From assembly GCA_046761065.1 (NCBI GenBank), contig JBHIFL010000028.1, positions 1 through 47,578 of the forward strand: 47,578 bases of DNA. The letters are read 5' to 3'. This DNA is from Candidatus Heimdallarchaeota archaeon (GTDB lineage: Archaea > Asgardarchaeota > Wukongarchaeia > Wukongarchaeales > JBHIFL01). Positions 20,730-29,512 of the stretch are shown piece by piece. The position numbers were made by a program, and so were the translations under genes. A model generated the notes under the pieces. It searched no databases and was not told the DNA's origin. It saw only the letters and a program-made list of their open reading frames with translations. Every line of letters begins with the position of its first letter. Position 1 is the first letter of the stretch.

Positions 20730-21257
20730 CTATTTCGGGAGGGATTCTTTTTTTCGTCGTTTAAAGAGGACTATAGCCAGAAAAAGCCCAAGTAAGCTGA
20801 GGATTAGAGTGAATCCTCCTATTTGTACATAGATACCAATGTCATAGGTCACCAGTGCATCTGCTTGATTTGAGTTTTCTAACACAAGAGTCCAATTTGC
20901 TTTAGTGGGGATTGTAAATAACGACTTTTCGTCAAATTTTTGTGGGTTGAAATTTCTGTGGAGTGTTCTACTTGTATTTTCGTAGACAGGTGACCAAGGT
21001 AGGTCTTTCACATATAGTTCGTATTGAGCCGCTTCTGCTATGTACAAGCTAACACTAATGCCGTTGGTGACGTTGATATCCCATTGGACTTTAGTATCAT
21101 CATCGAGGATCCCAAGGGTAAAGGCGTAGTGGCTTGTCCCTTTGATTGTGATTTCTCCACTCTTAGAATTTGAGATCATTAAAGGACTGGATAAAAAAAT
21201 AAGCAAAAGCAAAAGAAGCCCTAATGCTTGGTTATTAAGATTGTTACGGATCTGCAT
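20730..21257 (-). CDS. Hypothetical type I membrane/surface protein
   Basis: N-terminal signal peptide, beta-rich ectodomain, then GGF + TM helix + KRRKK tail. Confidence 0.75.
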   Translation of the reverse strand: MQIRNNLNNQALGLLLLLLIFLSSPLMISNSKSGEITIKGTSHYAFTLGILDDDTKVQWDINVTNGISVSLYIAEAAQYELYVKDLPWSPVYENTSRTLHRNFNPQKFDEKSLFTIPTKANWTLVLENSNQADALVTYDIGIYVQIGGFTLILSLLGLFLAIVLFKRRKKESLPK

Positions 21258-21729
21258 CTGTTATCCCACATTGTTTTTACTAAGGTAGCAACAAATCAAT
21301 TTTGTAGCAGAGTAAAAAACTTTCTTGCAAGAAGAAAGGCAGTACTCTGATACTTGCGGATGTCAGAGTTGACATGGCTTATAAAAGTTAGTTTCTACAA
21401 GGATGATTACCTTTGTATTTGGTTAAATGAAAAATGTGTTTTGTCAGCTTCGAATTGACATCTTCCCACAGCTCAAGTTCGTGAGAATCCTTTACTGTTG
21501 TCTTTCCGTAGAAGAGGTAGTCAAACAACCATTAAGTGTGCCATTCCTTGGTTAATATCCTTTTTATGGAGGATCTATTAACATGATCTAAATTCAATGC
21601 TTTCATAATATCCAGGAAGTTCCCACTAATTAGCTGGAATAGTTCGCTATTGTGAGAAACATCACAAAATTTATACAAACCGATACTGCGATTGAAACGG
21701 TGTTGAGTTAGTAGATAATTACTTGGAAG

Positions 21730-22320
21730 GTGCGCTGTTTGGTTAGCCTAGATCCATTAAGAGATGCTCTGATTCGGGCAGGACTCCCATTAAAACCTCC
21801 TGGAGCAACAATATTTGTAATACTCTTCAGTTCGGGTTTATCCCTATTTATAGCTCTTTTGAGTCGCTATATGATTGACGTTGATGAGTTGAAGCGTTAT
21901 ACGCAGGAGATAAAGCAATACCAAGATTTACTGAAAAAATCAAAGCAGACTGCAAATCGTAAGTTAGCGGTAAAATTGAAGCGGCGTGAAGCGTACATTC
22001 AACGGATCCAAAGAAAAATGATGTCCCAACGCTTCAAACCAATGGCTATCTATTTTATTCCTCTTATTATCATGTTTTATGTTCTACGAGGCATTTATCC
22101 TGCACCCACATTGGTATTCGCAGAAGGAACCAAAATAGCTACAGGGGAGTGGATAAAGTATACCAATGTTTTACCTTTTAAGATCCCAGGTCATAGGTTT
22201 GGGACAGCTGCTCCATGGGACAATTCACATACAATTCTATCCTTTGTCTGGTTCTATTTTATGGTTTCACTTACAATTGGTTCAGTAATTCAAAAAATGC
22301 TAGGATTAACTCCAGAATAG
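21730..22320 (+). CDS. DUF106 / EMC3-TMCO1 (Oxa1 superfamily) membrane insertase
   Basis: TM, coiled coil, FKPM motif, then WFY TM; located before L34e. Confidence 0.85.
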   Translation: MRCLVSLDPLRDALIRAGLPLKPPGATIFVILFSSGLSLFIALLSRYMIDVDELKRYTQEIKQYQDLLKKSKQTANRKLAVKLKRREAYIQRIQRKMMSQRFKPMAIYFIPLIIMFYVLRGIYPAPTLVFAEGTKIATGEWIKYTNVLPFKIPGHRFGTAAPWDNSHTILSFVWFYFMVSLTIGSVIQKMLGLTPE

Positions 22321-22333
22321 AGAAGGGATTTTA

Positions 22334-22603
22334 ATGCCACGACCCATGCAAAGAACACGCTCAAAACGTAAAATAAGAAGTAAAACTCCCGGAAAAAGAG
22401 AAATAACCCACCTCTACAAAAGAAAACCCCAAAGAACACGATGTACCTCTTGTGGAGCCCTCCTTTCTGGAGTAAGTAGGAAGAAAGCCACAGCCCTTGC
22501 GAGAATATCAAAAACCAAAAAAAGACCGGCAAGATCTCATACTGGTGTTTATTGTCATCGATGTGTGAGTATCCGCCTTAAAGCTGTTATTAGAGGAAAT
22601 TAA
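22334..22603 (+). CDS. rpl34e: 50S ribosomal protein L34e
   Basis: MPRP..R.RS..KTPG, CTSCG.LLSGV, KRP.R and CHRC. Confidence 0.95.
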   Translation: MPRPMQRTRSKRKIRSKTPGKREITHLYKRKPQRTRCTSCGALLSGVSRKKATALARISKTKKRPARSHTGVYCHRCVSIRLKAVIRGN

Positions 22604-22608
22604 TAATT

Positions 22609-23154
22609 ATGCCAATAATTACCGTTTCAGGACCTGCAGGATCTGGAAAAACGACGTATGCAAAAAAGTTAGCTCAACACTTAGATTTACAATATCTAGC
22701 AGCTGGAAGCATTTTTCGTCAGATCGCTAGGAAAATGGGAAAGACCTTGGCAGAACTAAGTGGAGAATGCGAGGGTGCGCATGAGATTGACCGTCAGATC
22801 GATGAACAGATAAAAAAGAAGGCAGCTAGAGGAAATGTCGTTGCAGACGGCCGTTTGACAGGTTACATTTTAAAAGATTTGGCAGATTTGAAGATTTATG
22901 TTACTGCTTCACCACAAACTAGGATCACACGTATTATGAAGCGAGATGGCGTTTCGGAGAGCCATGCTAAAGAAGAGACATTAGCGCGGGATAGAAGTGA
23001 AAAAAAACGTTTTAAAGAGATCTATCATATTAATATAGACGATTTATCAATTTATGATCTCATATTAAATACAGATAAGTGGTCTGAAAAAGCTATAATT
23101 CAATTGTTGTTATACGCGGTTGACAGCCGCAAACAATTACCTAATGAACATTGA
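22609..23154 (+). CDS. cmk: Cytidylate kinase (archaeal)
   Basis: ITVSGPAGSGKTT, IDRQID, DGRL and DLSIYDL. Confidence 0.93.
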   Translation: MPIITVSGPAGSGKTTYAKKLAQHLDLQYLAAGSIFRQIARKMGKTLAELSGECEGAHEIDRQIDEQIKKKAARGNVVADGRLTGYILKDLADLKIYVTASPQTRITRIMKRDGVSESHAKEETLARDRSEKKRFKEIYHINIDDLSIYDLILNTDKWSEKAIIQLLLYAVDSRKQLPNEH

Positions 23155-23186
23155 TATAATAAAATGGCAAATCATTCGGAGGAGAA

Positions 23187-23465
23187 GTGATGTCGGTTCT
23201 GGAATCAGGACGTTGTGTTGTCAAATTACAAGGGCGAGATACAGGGCGAAAAGCCGTTATAGTAGATATATTAGATAGAAATTTCGTTTTAATAACGGGA
23301 CCAAAGAATATCACTGGTATAAAGAGGAAACGTGCCAATATTAAACATCTAGAACCTTTAAAAGAAAAAATTTCAATCTCTAGGGGAGCTGCCGATGAGG
23401 AGGTCGTGGCAGCGCTTAAGAAAGCTGGTTTGCTGGAGAACTTTAAAACTCCCGTTAAAATTTAA
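23187..23465 (+). CDS. rpl14e: 50S ribosomal protein L14e
   Basis: GRCVVKLQGRDTG..VIVD..D.NFVLITGPK..GIKRKRANIKHLEP. Confidence 0.95.
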   Translation: MMSVLESGRCVVKLQGRDTGRKAVIVDILDRNFVLITGPKNITGIKRKRANIKHLEPLKEKISISRGAADEEVVAALKKAGLLENFKTPVKI

Positions 23466-23580
23466 AAGCAGGGTTTCATAAATGCAATGGAACTTGTGAG
23501 TTAAGACCTTGCGAAAATGAATAATACAAGTAGTACTTACACTCCAATGGAAGCTTAAAGCATATCCGTAACTATAAACT

Positions 23581-23729
23581 GCCGGGATCGCATAGTGGTA
23601 GTAACAGGTGATTATGCACCTATGCAGCTGTATTGCGCTGGCTTGGAGAGCCAGTGGTCTTGACGGACCACGTGGGTTCGAAAGAATGAAGTATAGGTCT
23701 TCATTTCAAAAATCCCACTCCCGGCGCCA
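23581..23729 (+). tRNA. tRNA-Ser(GGA) with two introns: D-loop ~20/21 (23600-23631) and T-loop 59/60 (23683-23712)
   Basis: GCCGGGA/TCCCGGC acceptor, CTGGC-TTGGAGA-GCCAG anticodon arm, long variable arm, G73 and CCA. Both introns are hairpins with relaxed BHB motifs; the D-loop junction is ambiguous by 1-3 nt. Confidence 0.92.
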
Positions 23730-23777
23730 ATGTTCTAAAAATATCACTTCGAAGAATTACTTATAGATGGCTCTATA

Positions 23778-24377
23778 CTATTTAAAGGACAAAAATACTC
23801 GATATCCGGATCGCCGTACCAACACTTCTATATTCCCAAAAATCTGAAGAAGAGTTTCTTTGACTCGGCGACCGCCCTTACGCTGCCGACACACAAGTTG
23901 TATTGTTCCCCCCGGATGAAGATATTTTCGACTGTGGAGAATCATATCATTTATAATAGGCCACCCAGCAGAATATGGGGGGTTGGAGATAATTGCAGAA
24001 AACAATTCTGAATCAAAGGAGTCATATCCTTTGACTTTTAATATTATTATATTTTGAATGTTGTTTAACTCAACATTGCGCCTTGCCAGTTGAATAGCCC
24101 GAGGATTTATATCTGTTGCATAAATGAGTGTGTTTGGGCTTTCTTTCGCGGCAACTATGGCAACAACACCAATGCCTGTACCAAAATCTAGTATTTTTCC
24201 GTGTTTGGGGATTTTCATAACTTGACATAAATATTTAGTCCCCAGGTCAACACGATTGGCTGAAAAAACTCCTGGAGCGGTGTACAACTCCAAGGTGTGG
24301 CCACGAAGGACCACTCTCATTTTCATTACCTTATATGGGGAGGATGGTTGCTGTGAAAAATAATGGGAATTCTTCAT
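23778..24377 (-). CDS. RsmC-like class I SAM methyltransferase
   Basis: HYFS, GVFS..VDLGT, LDFGTGIG and SNPPY. Confidence 0.9.
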   Translation of the reverse strand: MKNSHYFSQQPSSPYKVMKMRVVLRGHTLELYTAPGVFSANRVDLGTKYLCQVMKIPKHGKILDFGTGIGVVAIVAAKESPNTLIYATDINPRAIQLARRNVELNNIQNIIILKVKGYDSFDSELFSAIISNPPYSAGWPIINDMILHSRKYLHPGGTIQLVCRQRKGGRRVKETLLQIFGNIEVLVRRSGYRVFLSFK

Positions 24378-24443
24378 AGAAACACCATCTTTATATCCTC
24401 CTCAACAACTATCTTTCGAACAAAATTACAAGGATTTATTTAT

Positions 24444-25486
24444 TTAGAGTTTCTTATAAGGAGGATACGTTCCTCGCTCCATCAAGACTTTATTCGTCTC
24501 GGCAACAAGTCCAGTCTCGGTCTCTAAGATTCTTGAAGTATTCAAAATTGCTCTTCCTAAGGCTATGGCTTCCCCTTTCAAAGAGAATATGGCAATAATA
24601 GATCCTTTTTTAATATTTGAGTCGATTTGAAGCACCCCCGGAGTAGCTAGATTTGCACCATGGCATATTGCATCAATTGCTGAATCTCGTATTATTATTT
24701 TTGGGATGTGACTTAAAGCAGATTCTAATGGTCGTATACAACGGCGTAGCGGTGTTTCTTCACCATTTTCCTTATACCACATAATGGCATCTTTGAGCTC
24801 GTATAAGGTTACAAGGGTTTCATCTTCTCGAAAAGGGCCAGCACGTGTCCTACGAAGCTCCCGCATATGCGCTCCAGTTCCTAAAGCCAACCCTAGGTGA
24901 TGACACAACATCCGTACATAGAAACCAGCTTGACACCCGATCCTTAAGAGGATATATCTGTCTTTGATTTCGAAGATATCCAGATAGTAGATTTCTCGAA
25001 TCCGCAAGCGCCTAACAACTGATGAACGAATTGGTGGGCGTTGAAAGATTTTCCCGACAAATTCTGATGCAATATTGTGGATTTCCGTCGTAGGAACCTC
25101 TTTATGCAGCCGCATCACACATATATATTCCTTCCCAGCTGGGAGTAACGTCTGAATAACCTTTGTCGCTTTCATCAAAGCAACAGGCAGGACACCAGTC
25201 ACATTGGGATTTCCTTGCTGTATTTTCAGTTCAGCTCTAAGGTCCCTGCATGGCCCGCCTTTTTCACTCCTAGAATCCGTTTAACCCATGCCACTATTTC
25301 GTGGCTTGTTGGGTTTGGTGGCTTATCAATGTTTACTATACCACGTTCGAGCAAAGCCTTGATGGTTCTCTTCGCAGGAATACACCCATAATCCGGATCT
25401 GTTGTGTCCTCTGATTTTATAATTAACTGGCGTTCAATATCCACGGGGAGTATTTTCATCATCTCCACTATTTCATGAACAAGCAT
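24444..25486 (-). CDS. cbf5: Cbf5 / TruB-family pseudouridine synthase, spliced: join(25486..25237, 25210..24444)
   Basis: Two ORFs, IDKP..PTSHE..GHAGTL and VTGVLP..KEY..PUA. Removing 26 nt restores GHAGTLDPNVTG and a 339-codon frame. Confidence 0.95.
25211..25236 (-). other. BHB mRNA intron in cbf5 (26 nt)
   Basis: Strict BHB: GGGA CCTT AG|A GCTG-loop-CAGC AAGG AA|A TCCC; contains an in-frame TGA. Confidence 0.93.
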
Positions 25487-25728
25487 TTCACTACGCTGGA
25501 CAGAAGAAGCTCTACTCTATAAATAAAAGACGAATTAAATATCGCTATTTAAACATACAAAACTTGAAGAACAAATCAATTATCGAAGGAGCAACCTCAT
25601 TCAGAGAAAATGTGGGAAAACTGATCCTATCGTACAGTTAATAAAGCACTGCTGAAAATCCTTGGATAGAATTTTAAAAAGTTACGAGCATCATAAATAA
25701 ACCAACAGTGTTGTGATATGATAGGCAG

Positions 25729-26220
25729 ATGATGAAAGTGGAAAGACCCGAATATATGCATTTAGTACGGTTCGGTGGTACAGATATCGAAGGGAGCCTC
25801 AGATTTCCCTTTGCTTTGAGTCAATTAAAGGGGGTAAGCTATCGCATGGCTTTAGTAGTCGCAAAAATTACAGGGATTGATCCTAATATTCGCTTTGGTT
25901 ATATGTCTGAAAAAGAGAAAGAACAAGTTCTTGCAATTTTGAGTGATCCAGTAAGGCATGGAGTACCGCCTTGGCTTGTGAACCGTCAAAATGACCCTAC
26001 AACCGGAAAAGATAAGCATATTTATGGATCAGAATTGTTATTGACAAACAAGACAGACATCGATCGTCTGAAAAAAATTAAAACCTATCGAGGTATTCGG
26101 CATACCCTTGGTCTTAAAGTTCGTGGCCAACGGACACGAACAACTGGTCGAAAGGGGCAAACTGTTGGAGTTAGAACTCGCAGAATGATTCAAAGCATGA
26201 AAAGACCAATGAAGGGCTAA
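25729..26220 (+). CDS. rps13: 30S ribosomal protein S13 (uS13)
   Basis: PPWLVNR..D..TG and YRGIRH..GLKVRGQRTRTTGR. Confidence 0.97.
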   Translation: MMKVERPEYMHLVRFGGTDIEGSLRFPFALSQLKGVSYRMALVVAKITGIDPNIRFGYMSEKEKEQVLAILSDPVRHGVPPWLVNRQNDPTTGKDKHIYGSELLLTNKTDIDRLKKIKTYRGIRHTLGLKVRGQRTRTTGRKGQTVGVRTRRMIQSMKRPMKG

Positions 26221-26253
26221 GAATCGATCTGTAATCAAGGGAAGATGAGTTAG

Positions 26254-26802
26254 ATGGGCGGACCACGCAAACAGAAGAAAAAGTACATCACTCCCGGTCA
26301 TCCGTGGCAAAAAGATCGACTGAGTGAAGAGTTACGACTAATGGGTCAATATGGACTCCGTTCCAAACGGGAACTTTGGCGTATCAGAACCCAACTCACA
26401 CGATATCGATCACAAGCACGGAAGCTTTTAGCCTTGCCTACAGAGGAGCTGAAACAGCGGGAGTTGGCACTTATAAATCACCTAACTAACCTTGGTGTCC
26501 TGAGAACAGATGCTACTATAGATGATGTCTTTAGTTTAGAAACCGAAGACTTTTTGAAACGTCGACTGCAGAGTATCGTCTTTTCGAAAGGGTTGGCTAC
26601 CACAATTTATCATGCACGTCAGCTTATAACCCACCGCCATGTAGCTGTTCGAGAGAGAATTGTGACATGTCCTAGCTATCTCGTAAGTCAAGAAGAGGAG
26701 GAACATATTTCCTACACTGCAAGTTCTCCTTTGATTGTTAAAGATCATCCTAGCCGACCAAGACCTAAGGCAAGCGTTATTGGACAGGTTGAGGAAGATT
26801 AG
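26254..26802 (+). CDS. rps4: 30S ribosomal protein S4 (uS4)
   Basis: [20 protein letters not shown] and ARQLITHRH. Confidence 0.97.
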   Translation: MGGPRKQKKKYITPGHPWQKDRLSEELRLMGQYGLRSKRELWRIRTQLTRYRSQARKLLALPTEELKQRELALINHLTNLGVLRTDATIDDVFSLETEDFLKRRLQSIVFSKGLATTIYHARQLITHRHVAVRERIVTCPSYLVSQEEEEHISYTASSPLIVKDHPSRPRPKASVIGQVEED

Positions 26803-26821
26803 ATTATACGAGGGATCTGAA

Positions 26822-27220
26822 ATGAGTAATAAACCCAAAGAAAAGTGGGCAATTGCCTACATATATAGTAGTTATAACAATACAATTGTCCATCTAACGG
26901 ATCCAACGGGGGCAGAAACAATCAGTCGCTTCAGTGGAGGGATGGTAGTGCGAGTAGATCGATATGAATCCAGTCCTTATGCCGCCATGAGGGCAGCTCA
27001 TCGCGCAGCTGAAGAAGCCCATGATAAAGGGATAACAGCAATTCATATAAAAGTTCGTGCCCCAGGAGGTCATGGACCAAAGAATCCCGGACCAGGAGCT
27101 CAAGCAGCTATTCGAGCTCTAGCGCGTGCAGGGTTAAGAATTGGCCGTATAGAAGAAGTAACCCCTGTTCCACACGATAGTACAAGAAAGCCTGGAGGCC
27201 GTAGAGGGCGTCGGCTTTAA
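26822..27220 (+). CDS. rps11: 30S ribosomal protein S11 (uS11)
   Basis: [31 protein letters not shown] and GGRRGRRL; ATG at 26822. Confidence 0.97.
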   Translation: MSNKPKEKWAIAYIYSSYNNTIVHLTDPTGAETISRFSGGMVVRVDRYESSPYAAMRAAHRAAEEAHDKGITAIHIKVRAPGGHGPKNPGPGAQAAIRALARAGLRIGRIEEVTPVPHDSTRKPGGRRGRRL

Positions 27221-27313
27221 ATACTCTTCATTTCTCCAAGTTGACGCTTTCCCGCTTTTATATACCTTATATCGGTTATTAAGGATTAAAGCACGTTAAG
27301 AGGGGCTTAAAAG

Positions 27314-28477
27314 ATGGTTGACTTGGATACAAATTTGTTGATGATTCCAGGACCTGTACCGGTCCATCCGCGAGTCTTTCGAGCCATGTCAAAACCAATT
27401 TTTGGGCATCGAACTGAAGAATACCGTAAAATTCTCAAAGACACCGTTGTTAAGCTCAAAACCATTATGAAAATAAAAACTCATGATGTATTCATTTTTA
27501 CAGGATCAGGTACCCTCAGTCTCCATGCCGCCATGGCCAATCTTGTTGAACCAGGAGATAAAGTATTAAGTTGCATCAATGGAAAATTCAGTGAGCGAAC
27601 TGGTGAAATTGCGGAAAAATTCGGGGGTAATGTGATTCCTTTTACCTGTGACTGGGGGGAACCAATTCTCCCAAAAGATGTCAAGAAAGCTCTTGATAGA
27701 GATCCTGAGATAAAAATTGTAACTCTCTGCCATAATGAAACCTCTACAGGTATTTTAAATCCCTTAAAAGAAATTGGGGCAGTTACCAAAGATCATGGTG
27801 CTCTTATGGTTGCTGATGGGATTACATCTGTGGGAGGAGATAAGGCATACCCAGAGTTAATGAATACGGATATGATGATTTCAGGATCCCAAAAATGTTT
27901 GGGGATCCCTCCTGGCCTAGCTGTTCTCACTGTTGGGCCGGATGCATGGGAAAAAATCAAGAATCGTACAACTCCAATTCGTGATTACTATACAGATCTT
28001 TTGACTCATAAGACTAAGTGGGATAAAGATCAGGATACCCCGTGGACTTCGGCTACTACCTTGATTCAGGGCCTTCATGAATCATTGACTATTATGCTCG
28101 AAGAAGGCTATGAAAATCGGGTTACTAGACATCGACTGCTTGCAAAGGCCTTGCGAGAAGGTATAAAGGCATTAGGATTAGAATTATTTGCAAACGAAAA
28201 ATACGCTTCCAATACGGTGACAGCCATTCGTTATCCGAATGGAATCCAAGATAGTGAATTTAGAAGCCACATGCAAAAGAAATGGGGAGTGACCATCGCC
28301 TCAGCGCAACCCCCATATAAGGGAAAGTTCTTTCGCATCGCTACTATGAATATTTGTCTCCCCAGAGACGTCCTAGCAACCCTCGCGGTAGTTGAACTTG
28401 TGTTAAAAGAAATGGGATACGAGGTGAAATTAGGTACCGGTGTTGGTGCCTCACAAAAAGTTTTCCTTGAAAGTTAA
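27314..28477 (+). CDS. Class V PLP aminotransferase (serine-glyoxylate / alanine-glyoxylate type)
   Basis: LMIPGP, HNETSTG, DGITS and GSQKC (PLP lysine). Confidence 0.92.
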   Translation: MVDLDTNLLMIPGPVPVHPRVFRAMSKPIFGHRTEEYRKILKDTVVKLKTIMKIKTHDVFIFTGSGTLSLHAAMANLVEPGDKVLSCINGKFSERTGEIAEKFGGNVIPFTCDWGEPILPKDVKKALDRDPEIKIVTLCHNETSTGILNPLKEIGAVTKDHGALMVADGITSVGGDKAYPELMNTDMMISGSQKCLGIPPGLAVLTVGPDAWEKIKNRTTPIRDYYTDLLTHKTKWDKDQDTPWTSATTLIQGLHESLTIMLEEGYENRVTRHRLLAKALREGIKALGLELFANEKYASNTVTAIRYPNGIQDSEFRSHMQKKWGVTIASAQPPYKGKFFRIATMNICLPRDVLATLAVVELVLKEMGYEVKLGTGVGASQKVFLES

Positions 28478-28619
28478 TTCGCTGGGGGTTGGTTTCAGGG
28501 AAAACCAATCTGTATCTTTCTTCCTTTTGAATTGGAGAGGAGTTAAAAATTATGTTAAATAGGAAATAGGAATTAAATGACCAGATCATTTGATATTTGT
28601 TCTTTAAAGAGGTGATTTT

Positions 28620-29387
28620 TTGTTTGTCACTTTTTTCGTAGGAACGGCTGGGTCTGGGAAGAGTACTCTTACTAGTATTTTAAATCAATGGTTAGGTATG
28701 AACGAGATTAATGTTGCCACTGTAAACTTAGACCCAGGAGTATTAACTCTCCCTTATGGCCCGGATGTCGACATAAGGGATTATATTACTCTCGAAGCTG
28801 TTATGAAGGAATATGGTTTGGGGCCAAATGGTGGACTTCTTGTTAGTATTGATTTGATATCTAACGAACTCGAACACCTTAAAGAAGAACTTGAGGATCT
28901 GGATCCCGAAATTGTTTTGTTTGATACTCCGGGCCAGATAGAACTCTTCGCATACCGTACTGTTGGCCCATTAATCTTATCTTCTTTAGGGTCTGAGAAG
29001 AGTGTAGTCACATACCTCTTTGATGCTCACTTAACCCGTGACCCCACTGGATTTATTTCGCTTGCCTTCTTGGGCATGAGCGCTAATTTCCGCTTCCGTC
29101 TACCGATGATTTCCGTTTTAGCAAAAGCAGATTTACTTTCTGATTCTGAAATAGAAAGAATCCTTGATTGGGCCCAATCTCCTGCTTTTATACTCAAGGA
29201 TCTCGAACGATCCTCCAAAGGATTATCTCGTGAAATGAGTATTCATCTACTTGAAATGTTGGCACAATTTACAGACTTACCAGAGTTACTCCCTGTTTCA
29301 ATTCAAGAGTTCCAAGGAGTTTCTGAATTATATGGCCTTTTGACACGGTACTGGAGTGCTGGCGAGGATTACATCACAGATATTTAA
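28620..29387 (+). CDS. GPN-loop GTPase
   Basis: GTAGSGKS, NLDPG, LGPNG and DTPGQIE. Confidence 0.95.
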   Translation: MFVTFFVGTAGSGKSTLTSILNQWLGMNEINVATVNLDPGVLTLPYGPDVDIRDYITLEAVMKEYGLGPNGGLLVSIDLISNELEHLKEELEDLDPEIVLFDTPGQIELFAYRTVGPLILSSLGSEKSVVTYLFDAHLTRDPTGFISLAFLGMSANFRFRLPMISVLAKADLLSDSEIERILDWAQSPAFILKDLERSSKGLSREMSIHLLEMLAQFTDLPELLPVSIQEFQGVSELYGLLTRYWSAGEDYITDI

Positions 29388-29512
29388 TGAAATTCATATA
29401 TTTGAAAAATACATGAGTATTACTATTCAAAATGTGGATGTAACAGCAAACGCAAAACAAATTAATCTCTGGATATATCTGAATTCAAGAAATTCCTCTG
29501 TTCATTTAACAA

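Noticed and set aside
24444-25486. cbf5 as a split gene or frameshifted pseudogene
   Set aside because: A strict BHB intron explains the break exactly and restores the catalytic motif.
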